Positions 11,069 to 22,998 of a stretch of 64,000 nucleotides of DNA are shown here, piece by piece. The DNA is from Bifidobacterium breve (GTDB lineage: Bacteria > Actinomycetota > Actinomycetes > S36-B12 > UBA5976). Under the pieces are notes generated by a model. It was not told where the DNA came from. It did no database searches and saw nothing but the letters and a program-made list of their open reading frames with translations. The position numbers and the translations under genes were made by a program. The stretch's first letter is position 1, and every line of letters begins with the position of its first letter. The stretch spans positions 24,805 to 88,804 of the forward strand of contig CAMBGF010000001.1 of the NCBI GenBank assembly GCA_945866135.1, written 5' to 3'.

Positions 11069-12310
11069 CTAATGTGCCACGCCGGCTGCGCCGTGCTCGT
11101 CGATTAAATGACCAGTTACAAATCGGTTCAGGCTAAATGGAGCATTTAATTCATGAGGTTCACCCGTTGCAATGGTGTGTGCCATAGTCCAACCGGATGC
11201 AGGGGTTGCTTTGAAACCACCAGTACCCCAACCAGTATTTATAAATAAGTTTTCAACGGGCGTGTGTCCAATGATTGGCGAGGCATCGGGTGAAATGTCG
11301 ACTATGCCACCCCAAGTACGAAGTAGGTGAGCTCGTTCAAAAATCGGGAAGAGTTCGATTGCTGCTGCTAACTGATGTTCAATCACATGGAAGCCACCGC
11401 GTTGTGCGTAGGAATTGAAAGCATCAGTTCCTGCACCCATTACTAATTCACCTTTATGGGCTTGGCTTACGTACACATGCACCATGCCACTCATGATTAC
11501 AGTGTTGTGAACTTGTTCCAGCAGTTCAGAAACTAGTGCTTGCAGTGGCCTGCTTTGAATCGGAATATCAAAACCTGCAAGATTTGCTAACACGCTGGAA
11601 TGCCCGGCAGCTACCATGCCTACTTTTTGTGCGGCGATTGGACCGAGATTGGTTTTTACGCCGTGAACTTTTCCATCACGAATATCAAAGCCAGTGACTT
11701 CGCAGCCTTGAATGATGTCAACACCCATGTCAGCTGCGGCTTTGGCGTAACCCCAAGCGACCCAGTCATGCTTAGCGATACCACCGCGGGGTTGGAAAGT
11801 AGCGCCAAGTACTGGGTAGCGAACATCTGGATTGATATTAACAATTGGCGCAATTTCTTTTACTTGCTCTGGAGTCAACCATTCGCTATCGATGTCGTTT
11901 ATTTTATTGGCATGGTAATTGCGTGCCTTGGCTCGCAAGTCACTCACGCTGTGAGCAAGGGACATTACTCCACGTTGGCTAAAGAACATTTCGTAGCCAA
12001 CTTCTTCTTCGAGATTTTCCCAAAGTTTTAGGGAGTGCTCGTAAATTCCGGCAGATTCATCCCAAAGGTAATTGGATCTGATGACAGTAGTGTTGCGGGC
12101 CATGTTTCCGCCAGCTAACCAGCCTTTTTCTAGTACCGCGATGTTGGTAATGCCATGGTTCTTAGCTAGGTAATAAGCAGTTGACAGTCCATGACCCCCA
12201 CCACCGATGATGATGACGTCATAAACCTTTTTGGGAGTAACTCGCGCAGTCCACAAAAAATCAGGATGTTCAGGTAATTCGACACTTCGTCGACGAGTCG
12301 TGGTAGCCAT
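11069..12310 (-). CDS. soxB: Sarcosine oxidase beta subunit
   Basis: [40 protein letters not shown]. Confidence 0.96.
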   Translation of the reverse strand: MATTTRRRSVELPEHPDFLWTARVTPKKVYDVIIIGGGGHGLSTAYYLAKNHGITNIAVLEKGWLAGGNMARNTTVIRSNYLWDESAGIYEHSLKLWENLEEEVGYEMFFSQRGVMSLAHSVSDLRAKARNYHANKINDIDSEWLTPEQVKEIAPIVNINPDVRYPVLGATFQPRGGIAKHDWVAWGYAKAAADMGVDIIQGCEVTGFDIRDGKVHGVKTNLGPIAAQKVGMVAAGHSSVLANLAGFDIPIQSRPLQALVSELLEQVHNTVIMSGMVHVYVSQAHKGELVMGAGTDAFNSYAQRGGFHVIEHQLAAAIELFPIFERAHLLRTWGGIVDISPDASPIIGHTPVENLFINTGWGTGGFKATPASGWTMAHTIATGEPHELNAPFSLNRFVTGHLIDEHGAAGVAH

Positions 12311-12333
12311 GTTTAGAGCCTATCTACTGATAA

Positions 12334-14757
12334 TTAAGAGCGCAGTCGGGACATCGAGGCATCAAACTGTGGGTCATCGCTGACTACGGCTGGATACATC
12401 GAATCAAAGTATTTGACGGTAACTTGCGTGCCTAATGTGGTGTGATCAATTGGCAACCAGGCGTATGCAATCTGCTTGCCAATTGAATGACCAAAATAGG
12501 AGCTTGTGGTGTAGCCCACCGGCACGCCAGCGACAAATACTGGTTCTTTGCCCATGACAACATGTTCTGGATTGGCAAATACCAGGCAGACTAACTTACG
12601 GGTTATGGCTGCTGCATCTAGAGCTTCAAAAGCATCGGCGCCGATGTAGCCGCCACCCTTACGAACTGAAAATGCTAAACCTGCTTCATGTGGATTATGT
12701 TCACTCGTCATGTCAGTGCCGTAAGAGCGGTAACCCTTTTCTAAGCGCATGGAGTTAAATGCACCACGACCGGCAGGGATAATTGCGAATTCTTTGCCAG
12801 CTTCCAGCAAGGTATCCCAAAGTTTTAGTGCCATGTCAGCATCAGTGTAAATTTCGTAACCAAGTTCACCGACGTAGGAAAGTCTCCATAGTGTTGCTGG
12901 AACTTGGTCTAAGTAAATTGACTTCGCCTTGAAGTAACCAAAGGCTTCATTGGAAACATCTTGTTTTGTTAATTTCTCAACAACTTTGCGAGCGTGTGGC
13001 CCAAATAAACCAAGGCCTACTGTGCCAGCTGTGATGTCTTTGACGAACACTGTGTCTGGCGCCACTTTTTGCAACCTGGCAACATCAATTGCGCCATTCG
13101 CGCCAATCATAAAGTGGTTTTCACTTAAGCGAGTAACAGTCACATCAGAAAGAATTCCTGCTGACTTAGTCAACATCAAGCAGTAAGTTACTGAGCCAGG
13201 CGATTTATCGAGCTTTCCAGTAGTTTGTGCCATTAAGAATTCCAAGGCACCCTTACCCGTTACTTCAATTCGCTTCAAGGAAGTGATATCGAATAACCCA
13301 ACATTCTCGCGAACGTATTGCGCTTCGGCGCCGATGATAGGCGACCAGAATTGTGCAGACCAATTATCGCGAGCAGGTGAGGGATACTTAGCAACTAATT
13401 CGCTATTTGATTCATACCACTGTGGTCGCTCGTAACCTGATGCTTCAAGGAAGTAAGCGCCAAGTTCTTGTTGGCGATGATAAAAACCTGTGGTGCGAAG
13501 TGGCCGTGGCTTTTCCATTGGTTGTAGCGGATGAATTACGTCGTAAACTTCAACGTAGTTTTGCGCGCCCCGCATAGCGATGTGGTTTGGTCCGAGTTGA
13601 TGTGGCTCAAATCGATTTACATCACATTCATGTACTGCGAGCTGGGGATGACCATCAATAATCCATTCGGCAGTTGCGCGGGCAACTCCAACGGCGTGGG
13701 TAACCCAAACTGCTTCGGCAACCCAGAAGCCCTTAAGACCATTCCATTCACCCATCAATGGAAAAGTATCGACAGTGAATGAAAACATGCCGTTCATACC
13801 ATCAGTAAGTTTTGCATTCTTTAACTCCGGCATAATTTCGCCAGCAAGCTCCATAACTGGTTCCCACTCTGGCTGGGTAAATGGCATTTGGCTTGGCATG
13901 ATTTCAGCTTTATCAAAAGGCAAAATCTCTTCGGATTCAACTGGCAAAGGTCGGTGTAAGTAGGATCCAATTCCCATGCCGTTGAAGCGCTGGCGGAAAT
14001 ACAAGTCTTCACCTTGGTGTCGCATGATTGGGATTGTTATTTCCTGGGTTTGATCGGCCAGTGAAGCAATGTCTTCGGTCCAAGCTAACTGGTGAGCAAG
14101 TGGTTGGAAGGCCTTTGTCATACCAAACATGCGACCAACTTTTGGTCCCCAGATCCCAGCACAGGAAATAACTATTTCTGCTGGAAAGAATCCTTGATCC
14201 GTTGTAACGCCAGTAACTTGCCCACCTTCTTGTTCAACTGCAATTACTTCATGGCGATCCTTAAAGATTGCGCCGCGAGATTCCGCAAGTTTTTGCAATG
14301 CTTCGACAGCGCGCACAGCTTTAGCAATCCCATCAGTAGGGCAATAAATTGCACCTAAAATTTTGGTTGGATCAAGTACGGGATGAAGTTCACCGGCGCG
14401 TTCGGGGGAGACAACTTCGGCTTCATATCCATAAGACTGCAGCCAGGCAGTGCGGCGGTGCAATTCTTTTAAGCGCGCTGGTGTTGTGGCAACTTCAAGG
14501 GAACCAACTTGATAAAAACCTGGGCCATCTGCGTTTGCGATACTCAGCAATTTGTTAATAGTTTGATCAGCCATGGCGGCAAGAGTTTTGTTTCCAGTAA
14601 CTTTTTGCACAAGTCCAGGTGCATGTGAAGTTGAACCGCCAGGTGCTGGCATGGGACCCTGCTCGATAACTGTGACATCGTTCCAACCACGCTGGGTTAA
14701 CTCATCAGCCAATGAGCAGCCAACTATGCCACCACCGATAATCACAATTTTTTTCAC
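12334..14757 (-). CDS. dmg: Dimethylglycine oxidase-like flavoprotein (DAO domain plus GcvT THF-binding domain)
   Basis: GGGIVG, GGSTSHAPG (covalent-FAD His), LAHQ and RHQ..DLY, AVWVTH, YVGELGYE, RLEKGY; RBS GAGGG. Confidence 0.88.
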   Translation of the reverse strand: MKKIVIIGGGIVGCSLADELTQRGWNDVTVIEQGPMPAPGGSTSHAPGLVQKVTGNKTLAAMADQTINKLLSIANADGPGFYQVGSLEVATTPARLKELHRRTAWLQSYGYEAEVVSPERAGELHPVLDPTKILGAIYCPTDGIAKAVRAVEALQKLAESRGAIFKDRHEVIAVEQEGGQVTGVTTDQGFFPAEIVISCAGIWGPKVGRMFGMTKAFQPLAHQLAWTEDIASLADQTQEITIPIMRHQGEDLYFRQRFNGMGIGSYLHRPLPVESEEILPFDKAEIMPSQMPFTQPEWEPVMELAGEIMPELKNAKLTDGMNGMFSFTVDTFPLMGEWNGLKGFWVAEAVWVTHAVGVARATAEWIIDGHPQLAVHECDVNRFEPHQLGPNHIAMRGAQNYVEVYDVIHPLQPMEKPRPLRTTGFYHRQQELGAYFLEASGYERPQWYESNSELVAKYPSPARDNWSAQFWSPIIGAEAQYVRENVGLFDITSLKRIEVTGKGALEFLMAQTTGKLDKSPGSVTYCLMLTKSAGILSDVTVTRLSENHFMIGANGAIDVARLQKVAPDTVFVKDITAGTVGLGLFGPHARKVVEKLTKQDVSNEAFGYFKAKSIYLDQVPATLWRLSYVGELGYEIYTDADMALKLWDTLLEAGKEFAIIPAGRGAFNSMRLEKGYRSYGTDMTSEHNPHEAGLAFSVRKGGGYIGADAFEALDAAAITRKLVCLVFANPEHVVMGKEPVFVAGVPVGYTTSSYFGHSIGKQIAYAWLPIDHTTLGTQVTVKYFDSMYPAVVSDDPQFDASMSRLRS

Positions 14758-14785
14758 GAGTAACCCTCATTCGCTTCAAATTGAC

Positions 14786-14823
14786 TGTTGCGAACTATGC
14801 AACAGAGTGCGTGTTGCGCAACA
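14786..14823. promoter_or_regulatory. Tandem 19-bp operator TGTTGC-N7-GCAACA upstream of the dmg-sox operon
   Basis: TGTTGC GAACTAT GCAACA (14786-14804) directly followed by GAGTGC GTGTTGC GCAACA (14805-14823); minus-strand TTGACC at 14852-14857. Confidence 0.75.
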
Positions 14824-14876
14824 CTTTAATTTTCCTCTTAGTAAGGCATTGGGTCAAGTGGAATGCCCAAAGAACT

Positions 14877-14916
14877 AAAAAAAGAACTGGTGAGCCCCGA
14901 AGGACTCACCAGTTCT
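14877..14916 (-). terminator. Intrinsic terminator after the substrate-binding protein gene
   Basis: Minus strand AGAACTGGTGAGTCC-TTCG-GGGCTCACCAGTTCT followed by a U tract. Confidence 0.9.
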
Positions 14917-14939
14917 GTTGATTTATTAGCCAGGCTTAC

Positions 14940-15908
14940 TTACTTAAGCCAGCCAGCAACTATGTCCGCATGGGCATCTATCCACTTCTGAGCAGCTACA
15001 GCTGGATCAGTTCCGGATTCGATGTCGGCTGCGACTTCGTTCTGGTCATCATTTGTCCAGGTGAAGTTCTTAACGATCTTGGTGAAAGCATCGTTAGCAT
15101 CAATAACCTTAGGAGTTGCCAACTTCTGCAGAGGTAACTCTGGGTAGTCAGTAAGACCTGAGGCTTGCTCTGGATCTGTCCAGTCATTCGCAGGGAAATT
15201 GATGCGAGCCAATGGAACTTTCGCTAGGAAGTTTTGTGGCGTATACCAGTAACCGATTGCAGGTGTCTTATCAGCGGCAGCCTTTGTGAAGACATCAATT
15301 AATGCCTGCTCAGAGCCTGTTGAGATAGCAGTGAAGTTCAGCTTGTTAGCTGAAATCATTTTCTCACCGATTGTGGTGTATCCCGGAGGACCTTCGTACC
15401 AAGCGCCCTTACCCTTTGATTCGTCAGTGACGAAAAGATCAGCATATTTATTTAGGTTTGCTGAATCTGTGATGTCTGGATTTTCGTCAGCCATCCACTG
15501 TGGAACGTACATTCCGATAATGCCAATGTTTCCGTTGTCGCCAACTTGAACCAAAGCTCCACGGTCTGCCCATTCTTGCCAGCGGCCGCCGCCCCAGTCT
15601 TCGATAACTAGGTCTACTGAGCCCGCTTCCATAGCGTCATATGTAACGCCAGCTTCGGCAAGTGTGACCTGAGAGATATCGCAACCATTTGCCTTAGCAA
15701 TTTCAGTTACAACTTGTGCTGAGGCGGTGTAACCAACCCAAGCGTGCATAGCAATGGCGTACGAGCCACAAGCTGCTACTTCCGCAGCATCTGTTGGTGC
15801 AGCAGATGCTTCTGCATCCACTCCCGCGCCACCACATGCTGCCAACAGAAGTGCAGCAGCTGCCGCAAGCACACTGGCTTTGGCAGCAGCTTTCTTATTT
15901 CGGATCAT
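14940..15908 (-). CDS. Glycine betaine/choline ABC transporter substrate-binding lipoprotein (start moved to 15908)
   Basis: RBS GAGGAG, basic N-terminus and lipobox LAAC, OpuAC/ProX-like fold motifs. Confidence 0.88.
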   Translation of the reverse strand: MIRNKKAAAKASVLAAAAALLLAACGGAGVDAEASAAPTDAAEVAACGSYAIAMHAWVGYTASAQVVTEIAKANGCDISQVTLAEAGVTYDAMEAGSVDLVIEDWGGGRWQEWADRGALVQVGDNGNIGIIGMYVPQWMADENPDITDSANLNKYADLFVTDESKGKGAWYEGPPGYTTIGEKMISANKLNFTAISTGSEQALIDVFTKAAADKTPAIGYWYTPQNFLAKVPLARINFPANDWTDPEQASGLTDYPELPLQKLATPKVIDANDAFTKIVKNFTWTNDDQNEVAADIESGTDPAVAAQKWIDAHADIVAGWLK

Positions 15909-15978
15909 TCTTATCTCCTCGCTAGGAAACGAACTATCTTGCGATAGTTCTTCAAACCAACGTTTGTTAGTTTGAAAT

Positions 15979-17958
15979 CTAGTGCTTGGGGGCCGAATTA
16001 CGGGCCACCGTGTACTGGGCAATTCGGTCAATCATTAGGCCAAGTAACAGGATTGAAAATCCTGCGATCAGCCCTTTACCTTGCAACTCTGGCTTTGACC
16101 CACCGACTATTACTAAATAGCCAAGTCCACCGGCGCCAACAAGGCCGCCAATAACCACCACTGCTAGTACAAATATCAATCCTTGATTAGTGGCAAGGAG
16201 TAGGGACTTCTTTGCCGCGGGAAGTTGTACTTTCGTTATCAACTGCCACTTAGTGGAACCTGTGGAAATCGCTGCCTCAATCATATTGGTTGGCACTTCC
16301 CGGATACCCTGGCCCACGATTTTGACGACTATGGGTATGGAATAGACGATTCCAGTGGCGATACCGGTAAACCGAGAGGGTCCAAAAAAGCCGAGCATCG
16401 GAATCAAATAAACAAATGCAGGCAGGGTTTGTCCCGCATCCAAAATTGGGCGCAGGGCGCGTTCGGCTCGGGTACTTCGACCAATCCAGACGCCAACAAC
16501 TACACCGATGAGCATGGTCAATATGGTTGCAACGATGGTTTGCGTGAAAGTAACCATAGTGTCAAACCAAAGACCACTTGCCACTATCGCAAGTAACAAA
16601 GTGAGTGTTATGAATGCTGATCGCAGGCCACCAAGAATTAATGACAGCAGTGAGATCATTGCCACGGTCAAGAACCAAGGCGAATTTGAGAGTACGCCTT
16701 CAAGCGGATTCAAAATTCCTACCGTGACGGCCTTAGCTAAACCTGTAGTTAGGAATTCAAAATTTTCGGTAATCCAGAATATAGATGATTCCGTGACATT
16801 CGAAACGGGTTTACTTATGTCTACCTGCTCGGGAAAGTAAGCCGCCCATGCTAATTGCCGAGATAGCACGATGCAGATAATCGTGGCAACTCCCGCTGAA
16901 ACAAGTCCGAGTTTGCGACGTCTCCGAGCGCTAGCTGGAGCAGGTACAAAAGATTCATCAATAGAAATTGCGGCAGAGGTACTTCGATCAAGCATGATTG
17001 CAATCAGCACAACTGCAATTCCAGCAACAAAGCCACCCCCAACATCTCGAATGATGAGGGCATCGATAACAGGTTTACCTAATCCTGGCGCTCCAATCAA
17101 AGCGGCAATTACAACAAAAGATAGCGCTGCCATAACTGTTTGGTTTATACCCAAAATAATTGTGCGCGAAGACATGGGCAATTGAATTTTTCTAAGCAAC
17201 TGAATTTTTGTGGTGCCCATTGATGTTCCAGCTTCAACCGGACTAACTGGAACCCCGCGAATTCCAAAAGCAGTCAGACGAACTGCAATAGGAATGCTAT
17301 AAACCATAGTTGCAATAGTTGCTGAGGCGGGACCAATCAAAAAGAACAGCGCAAGGGGTGCGAGGTAAACCAGGGTAGGCAGAATTTGAGCAAGATCCAA
17401 TATCGGAGTTACTGCTTTCAACGCGCGATCTGAAAGACCCGCCCAGATTCCAACAGGAATTCCTATTAACAGCGACATAATCACAGCAGCCAATGTCATT
17501 GCAAGAGTGTCCATGGAGTCAGTCCAGAGTCCGAGCGCGCCACAGGCGAAAACCAAAATTACTGCTGCAATTGCCATTCGTAAATGTGAGACTGCATAGA
17601 CCACGAATCCAATGACAGCAATAACACCGAGCCATCCAAGTAGGGGAATACTTGAGTCCCCGGCGGGGATAGCGATTATTTCTCGGATGCCCGTTACGAA
17701 TCCATCTATAAATTCACGGATCGGATTAAAGAAGTATTTAAAACTCGCGCCGTCACTTCTATTGGCTCGAATTGATGCAGCAACATTGCCAGCCCACGTG
17801 GTTACCCCAGTATCTTCTGGCACAGCTAAAACTAGTGTTGCCTGCCCTTGGAAAATTTTGGCAAGCACAACCCAAGCCGCAAACAGCATTGCAATTAACC
17901 AACCACGTTTAAGTTTTTTTGGTTTTGCAATAAACATTGTTTCCTTCGTGTTACTCAT
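15979..17958 (-). CDS. Glycine betaine/choline ABC transporter permease (two fused ProW-like modules)
   Basis: Duplicated PILD..Q.LP..VYL and EA..S.G motifs. Confidence 0.92.
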   Translation of the reverse strand: MSNTKETMFIAKPKKLKRGWLIAMLFAAWVVLAKIFQGQATLVLAVPEDTGVTTWAGNVAASIRANRSDGASFKYFFNPIREFIDGFVTGIREIIAIPAGDSSIPLLGWLGVIAVIGFVVYAVSHLRMAIAAVILVFACGALGLWTDSMDTLAMTLAAVIMSLLIGIPVGIWAGLSDRALKAVTPILDLAQILPTLVYLAPLALFFLIGPASATIATMVYSIPIAVRLTAFGIRGVPVSPVEAGTSMGTTKIQLLRKIQLPMSSRTIILGINQTVMAALSFVVIAALIGAPGLGKPVIDALIIRDVGGGFVAGIAVVLIAIMLDRSTSAAISIDESFVPAPASARRRRKLGLVSAGVATIICIVLSRQLAWAAYFPEQVDISKPVSNVTESSIFWITENFEFLTTGLAKAVTVGILNPLEGVLSNSPWFLTVAMISLLSLILGGLRSAFITLTLLLAIVASGLWFDTMVTFTQTIVATILTMLIGVVVGVWIGRSTRAERALRPILDAGQTLPAFVYLIPMLGFFGPSRFTGIATGIVYSIPIVVKIVGQGIREVPTNMIEAAISTGSTKWQLITKVQLPAAKKSLLLATNQGLIFVLAVVVIGGLVGAGGLGYLVIVGGSKPELQGKGLIAGFSILLLGLMIDRIAQYTVARNSAPKH

Positions 17959-18989
17959 CCGTGGCTGCCGCCTCCAACAAGTAGCAAGAAATCACGTGGG
18001 GTAATGAAACCCAGCGTCGTATTGCCTTCAACAACTGCAACTGGTCCATCAGCGTCCAAGATCGCAGCAGTTGCATCACGGATTATGGTTGTGGCCGGGA
18101 TGCTTCGACCACTTGCAGTTTCGTTACTGGCAAGAGGTCGAGCGATAGTTCGCACTGTCAATACGTGTGATTTAGGTACATCGCGCGTGAAGTCAGCAAC
18201 GTAGTCATCGGCTGGATTGGCAATAAGTTCTTCGGCTGTTCCCATTTGAACTACGGCGCCATCGCGCATGATTGCAATGCGATCTCCAACACGCAGCGCC
18301 TCAGCTAAATCGTGAGTAATGAAAACCATGGTCTTGCCAAGTTCTTCATGTAGGCGCATAACTTCAGCTTGCATATCACGCCTAATGAGTGGATCTAAGG
18401 CTGAAAAGGGTTCATCCAAGAACATAACGTCTGGATCCACAGCAAGGGCGCGCGCTAACCCAACACGTTGCTGCATACCACCAGAAAGTTGCTCTGGGTA
18501 GGCCTGCGCAAAACCCTGCAATCCAACAAGCTCAATCACTTCATTTGCGCGGGCATGGCGCGCTTCCTTGCTCACGCCATTTACTTCAAGTGCGAACGCG
18601 ATGTTGTCAATAACTCTGCGGTGCGGCAGCAAACCGAAGTTTTGAAAAACCATAGAAAATTTAGTTCTGCGCAGTTCGCGAAGCCGCGCATCGGATGCCT
18701 TGAGTACGTCTTCACCATTCATTACAACGCTGCCTGAAGTGGGTTCAATCAAACGAGTTAGACAACGTACCAAAGTTGACTTACCCGATCCGGAAAGCCC
18801 CATAACTACGAAAACTTCACCAGGCGCGACTTCAAAGGACACATCTCGAACAGCAGCAGTATTTCCAGTCTTCTCGCGCAGCTCAGCTCGCGGCAAGGCA
18901 GCGTCGGGACTACCAACAATCTTTTCGGGATTAGGTCCGAATACTTGCCATAGATTATTTACTGAGATCGCACTATTGCTTTCAGACAT
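17955..18989 (-). CDS. Glycine betaine/choline ABC transporter ATP-binding protein (ProV/OpuAA-like)
   Basis: [32 protein letters not shown]. Confidence 0.95.
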   Translation of the reverse strand: MSESNSAISVNNLWQVFGPNPEKIVGSPDAALPRAELREKTGNTAAVRDVSFEVAPGEVFVVMGLSGSGKSTLVRCLTRLIEPTSGSVVMNGEDVLKASDARLRELRRTKFSMVFQNFGLLPHRRVIDNIAFALEVNGVSKEARHARANEVIELVGLQGFAQAYPEQLSGGMQQRVGLARALAVDPDVMFLDEPFSALDPLIRRDMQAEVMRLHEELGKTMVFITHDLAEALRVGDRIAIMRDGAVVQMGTAEELIANPADDYVADFTRDVPKSHVLTVRTIARPLASNETASGRSIPATTIIRDATAAILDADGPVAVVEGNTTLGFITPRDFLLLVGGGSHG

Positions 18990-20487
18990 CTACTTTCCCT
19001 TTCGTTGGTACAAACCATTGTGATGGTGCCGGGGCTAGATTTTGCCAAATATGTTTATGTTCTAAATACTCTGCAAGTCCAGCTTCGCCAAGTTCACGGC
19101 CGTTTCCTGATTGCTTGAACCCACCCCATTCGGCTTGGGCAACATATGGGTGATAGTCATTTATCCAGATCGTGCCATGGCGCAATTGCCTGGCAACGCG
19201 CTGTGCTTTGTCAGAATCGCTTGTCCAAACTGCGCCTGCAAGACCGAAGATAGTGTCATTGCCAAGCTTGATTGCCTCGTCTTCAGTATCGAAAACTTCG
19301 ACCGTCAAAATTGGACCAAAGGATTCATCTTGCACGCAATGCATTTCAGTGGTGCAGTTATCCAGCACGGTCGGCCGGTAGAAGAAGCCGTTCTCAAACT
19401 GGGCACCTTCGGGACGCATTCCTCCTGCGCGCAAAATAGCACCTTCGGAAAGCGCATCGGCAACATAACGTTCAACTTTGTCGCGGTGAGCTGCGCTTAT
19501 CAAAGAGCCAGTCTCGGCATCGGGATCAGTTGCCCCACCAAGTCGAATTAGATCTGCGCGCCGCGCAATTTCGGTTACTACTTGCTCATGAATCTTGCGC
19601 TCTACCAGCAAGCGCGCTCCAGCAGAGCAAACTTGCCCAGAGTGCAAAAACACAGCCGTTAGCGCATTGTCGATAGCAGCATCAAGATCTGCATCAGCAA
19701 AAATAATATTTGGGTTCTTGCCACCAAGTTCTAGAGCCACTCGCTTAACAGTTTCTGCAGCATTGATCATCAAACGTTTTCCAGTTGCCAAACTGCCGGT
19801 AAAGGAAACCATGTCAACACCAGGATGAGTGCTCATTGGACCACCGGCCACTGCGCCAGATCCAAGAACTAGATTTGCCACTCCTGTTGGTAAACCAGCT
19901 TCACTAAACACATCCATCATCATTGAAGTAGTAGAAGGTGTTAACTCACTTGGCTTAATGACAAAAGTGCAACCAGCTGCAATTGCTGGCGCCATTTTCC
20001 ATGACGCCTGGAGTAGGGGATAGTTCCAGGGCGTAATCATCGCGATCACGCCTATGGGTTCGGAAGTCATGGTGCTTCGAACGTTTTGCCTTCCTGGATC
20101 AACTTCGCGGTCATGATTTTGTGGCGCAAGAGTTGAAAAATATTTGAACACTGAAATCACATCTGCAATGTCGTATTGCGCCTCAACAAGCCGCTTTGCG
20201 GTATCTTCAGATTCCGCTTTGGCGAATAACTCTTTGTCACGTTCGAGAATGTCAGCTACGCGTTCCAAGATTTTCCCGCGTTGTTCACCAGTAAATGAAC
20301 CCCAATGGCCTGAGTCAAAAGCATGACGGGCTGCATCTATGGCAGCGACAGTGTCTGAGGCGCCGGCTTCATGAAAGGTGGCCACTAAGTGAGCATCTGC
20401 TGGATGCAAAACATTTCTGATCTCACCTGAGGAACTACCCTGTCGTTTGCCATTGATGAAGAGTTCAGTCATATGTTCATAAGCCAT
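18982..20487 (-). CDS. betB: Betaine aldehyde dehydrogenase
   Basis: PWNYP, ELGGKNP, GQVCSAG, GGFKQSG; betaine context. Confidence 0.88.
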   Translation of the reverse strand: MAYEHMTELFINGKRQGSSSGEIRNVLHPADAHLVATFHEAGASDTVAAIDAARHAFDSGHWGSFTGEQRGKILERVADILERDKELFAKAESEDTAKRLVEAQYDIADVISVFKYFSTLAPQNHDREVDPGRQNVRSTMTSEPIGVIAMITPWNYPLLQASWKMAPAIAAGCTFVIKPSELTPSTTSMMMDVFSEAGLPTGVANLVLGSGAVAGGPMSTHPGVDMVSFTGSLATGKRLMINAAETVKRVALELGGKNPNIIFADADLDAAIDNALTAVFLHSGQVCSAGARLLVERKIHEQVVTEIARRADLIRLGGATDPDAETGSLISAAHRDKVERYVADALSEGAILRAGGMRPEGAQFENGFFYRPTVLDNCTTEMHCVQDESFGPILTVEVFDTEDEAIKLGNDTIFGLAGAVWTSDSDKAQRVARQLRHGTIWINDYHPYVAQAEWGGFKQSGNGRELGEAGLAEYLEHKHIWQNLAPAPSQWFVPTKGKVDV

Positions 20488-20498
20488 AGTTGAAAACC

Positions 20499-21278
20499 TT
20501 ACTCACGCCAATAATTAGGATTGCCAGAGAGTTTAGCCGCACTGGCTTTCACTATTTGGCCTAATGAATCAAAATCTTTTGGCTTTAGTCGACTCGCAGG
20601 ACCAGAGATAACCAGAGCTGCCGCAACTTCGTCATGCACATCCCGAATGGGCGCTGCAACCGCAACAAAATCAGCTTCCATTTCCTGATAAGCAACGGCG
20701 TAACCAAGTTCGCGAACCTGCGCCAATTCCTTTTCTAATGCCTCGCCAGAAGTTATGGTGTTGGGCGCTAACTTTCCCCAGGAATCGGGTCTGGCGGCTA
20801 TCCGAGATGGCTTATCAAGCCAGGCAGTGAGTACCTTGCCAGTTGCAGTGCAGTGGGTTGGCACACTTTGCCCGAGCCAACTGCGCATCGAAACCATGGA
20901 TGGTCCCATAACTTGATCAACATAAAGAACGCGATTGTTATCGAGCACTGCAATGTTTACGGTCTCGCCAACTTGTATTGCCAGGGCCCTGGTTACCGCC
21001 CGGGAACCGGAGACAACATCGAGGGAACTTGTAACTGCGCCAGCCAGGCGCACTAAACCAAGACCCAATCGGTAGCGCCCGCGATCTGAAACTTGTTCAA
21101 CTAGACCATGCGCTAAGAGCGATGACATTAACCGAGATGCTGTTGATTTATGAACAGCTAAATCGGCAGCGATTTGAGTTACGCCAGACTCACCGCGTTG
21201 GGCAAGGATTTCCAGGATGGCAATTGCCCGATCTACTGATTGAACTGAGCCAGATTCGGCTATATGCGTGTTGCCCAT
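20499..21278 (-). CDS. IclR family transcriptional regulator 1
   Basis: VQSVDRAIAILE HTH, HKSTASRL, HCTATGKVL, VAAPI. Confidence 0.95.
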   Translation of the reverse strand: MGNTHIAESGSVQSVDRAIAILEILAQRGESGVTQIAADLAVHKSTASRLMSSLLAHGLVEQVSDRGRYRLGLGLVRLAGAVTSSLDVVSGSRAVTRALAIQVGETVNIAVLDNNRVLYVDQVMGPSMVSMRSWLGQSVPTHCTATGKVLTAWLDKPSRIAARPDSWGKLAPNTITSGEALEKELAQVRELGYAVAYQEMEADFVAVAAPIRDVHDEVAAALVISGPASRLKPKDFDSLGQIVKASAAKLSGNPNYWRE

Positions 21279-21306
21279 GGCGCAACATTATGCGTCATGG
21301 GCAACA
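21269..21306. promoter_or_regulatory. Tandem 19-bp operator overlapping the -10 box and start codon of iclR1
   Basis: TGTTGC CCATGGC GCAACA (21269-21287) plus TTATGC GTCATGG GCAACA (21288-21306); same layout as 14786-14823. Confidence 0.75.
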
Positions 21307-21330
21307 CTTGTCTTGAAAATAGCGAATTAG

Positions 21331-22998
21331 TTAGAACAGTCCGACTACTTCGCCGTTTACTAGCTTGATCGAGTTTGCGGCTGGAACCCTTGGCAATCCC
21401 GGCATTGTCATAATGTCTCCAGTCACAACAACTATGAACTCGGCGCCAGCGCTGAGACGGATTTCCCGAATCGTGATGGTGTGACCGGAAGGCGCCCCCT
21501 TGGCAGCGGGATCAGTTGAGAAAGAATATTGCGTCTTAGCCATGCAAATCGGAAAGTGGCCGTAGCCAGCATCTTCAAATACCTGGAACTGATCGATAAC
21601 ACTCTTATCTGCCACTACTTCAGCTGCGTCGTAAATTTGCGTTGCGATAGTTCCGACTTTGTCCCAAAGTGACATTGCATCTGGATAAAGCGGCTTAAAG
21701 GCAGCACTGCCACTTTCCACAAGTTCAACAACTTTCTGAGCCAGAACTTTGGTGCCCTTACTACCTTCAGCCCAGTGTGTGCAGCGAATTGCATCTACGC
21801 CCATATCTGCGCAGTACTTTTGCACGGCAGCAAATTCAGCATCAGTATCTGTCGTGAAGTTATTTACACCGACTACAACTGGAACGCCAAACTTTTGAAC
21901 GTTACGGATGTGACGACCCAGGTTTACAAGTCCTGCCTCAACAGCAGCGACATTCTCTTTACCTAAGTCATCCTTAGCAACTCCGCCATGCATTTTTAAC
22001 GCGCGAACTGTTGCAACAATTACTGCAGCTGACGGTTCAAGTCCAGCTTTACGACATTTAATGTCGAAGAACTTTTCAGCGCCAAGGTCAGCGCCGAATC
22101 CAGCTTCAGTTACTACATATTCACCGAGCTTCAAAGCTGTGTGGGTAGCAAGCACGGTATTGCAACCGTGAGCGATGTTTGCAAATGGTCCACCATGAAC
22201 AAATGCTGGATTGTTCTCAAGAGTCTGAACCAAGTTCGGCATCAGAGCATCTTTAAGTAGTACTGTCATGGCGCCATTTGCATTTAGTTGAGCGGCGGTA
22301 ATCGCAACTTTGTCACGCGTGTAACCAACAACGATGTTTCCAAGTCGGCGCTCCAGGTCGTCCAAGTCCATAGCAAGACACAAAATGGCCATAACTTCAC
22401 TCGCAACTGTAATGTCAAAGCCGGCTTCCCGCGGGTAACCATTGCCTGGGCCTCCGAGAGCAGCAGTAATCTCGCGAAGTGCACGATCATTCATATCTAT
22501 TACGCGTTTCCAAGCAATTCGGCGCACATCAATACCAAGTTCGTTACCCCAATAGATGTGGTTATCCAACATGGCAGAAAGTAAGTTATGGGCAGCGCCA
22601 ATCGCGTGGAAGTCGCCAGTGAAGTGCAAGTTGATATCTTCCATTGGCACTACCTGAGCGAAACCGCCACCGGCCGCGCCACCCTTCATGCCAAAGCAAG
22701 GTCCAAGTGATGGCTCGCGCAAACAAACAATTGCCTTTTTGCCAATTGCATTTAGCCCATCGCCCAGACCAACTGTTGTTGTGGTCTTACCTTCGCCAGC
22801 CGGGGTGGGCGTCATGGCAGTTACTAAAATTAGTTTGCCAGTTGGCCGATTTTTCAAGGATGAGATGAATTCCATGTTGATCTTGGCTTTTGTTGGACCA
22901 TAGCTCAGAACTGCATCTGCCGGAATACCGATTTTTTCTGCAACCGAAACAATTGATTCAGTTGTAGCTGCCCGAGCAATATCGATATCTGATTTCAT
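21331..22998 (-). CDS. fhs: Formate--tetrahydrofolate ligase
   Basis: [48 protein letters not shown]. Confidence 0.98.
   Translation of the reverse strand: MKSDIDIARAATTESIVSVAEKIGIPADAVLSYGPTKAKINMEFISSLKNRPTGKLILVTAMTPTPAGEGKTTTTVGLGDGLNAIGKKAIVCLREPSLGPCFGMKGGAAGGGFAQVVPMEDINLHFTGDFHAIGAAHNLLSAMLDNHIYWGNELGIDVRRIAWKRVIDMNDRALREITAALGGPGNGYPREAGFDITVASEVMAILCLAMDLDDLERRLGNIVVGYTRDKVAITAAQLNANGAMTVLLKDALMPNLVQTLENNPAFVHGGPFANIAHGCNTVLATHTALKLGEYVVTEAGFGADLGAEKFFDIKCRKAGLEPSAAVIVATVRALKMHGGVAKDDLGKENVAAVEAGLVNLGRHIRNVQKFGVPVVVGVNNFTTDTDAEFAAVQKYCADMGVDAIRCTHWAEGSKGTKVLAQKVVELVESGSAAFKPLYPDAMSLWDKVGTIATQIYDAAEVVADKSVIDQFQVFEDAGYGHFPICMAKTQYSFSTDPAAKGAPSGHTITIREIRLSAGAEFIVVVTGDIMTMPGLPRVPAANSIKLVNGEVVGLF

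Noticed and set aside
15909..16031. N-terminal ORF extensions (binding protein; also soxG, mobA, orn, DUF3955, DUF2256, clpP2, valS)
   Set aside because: They overlap neighbouring genes or tRNAs; RBS, -10 position or homology motifs favour later starts
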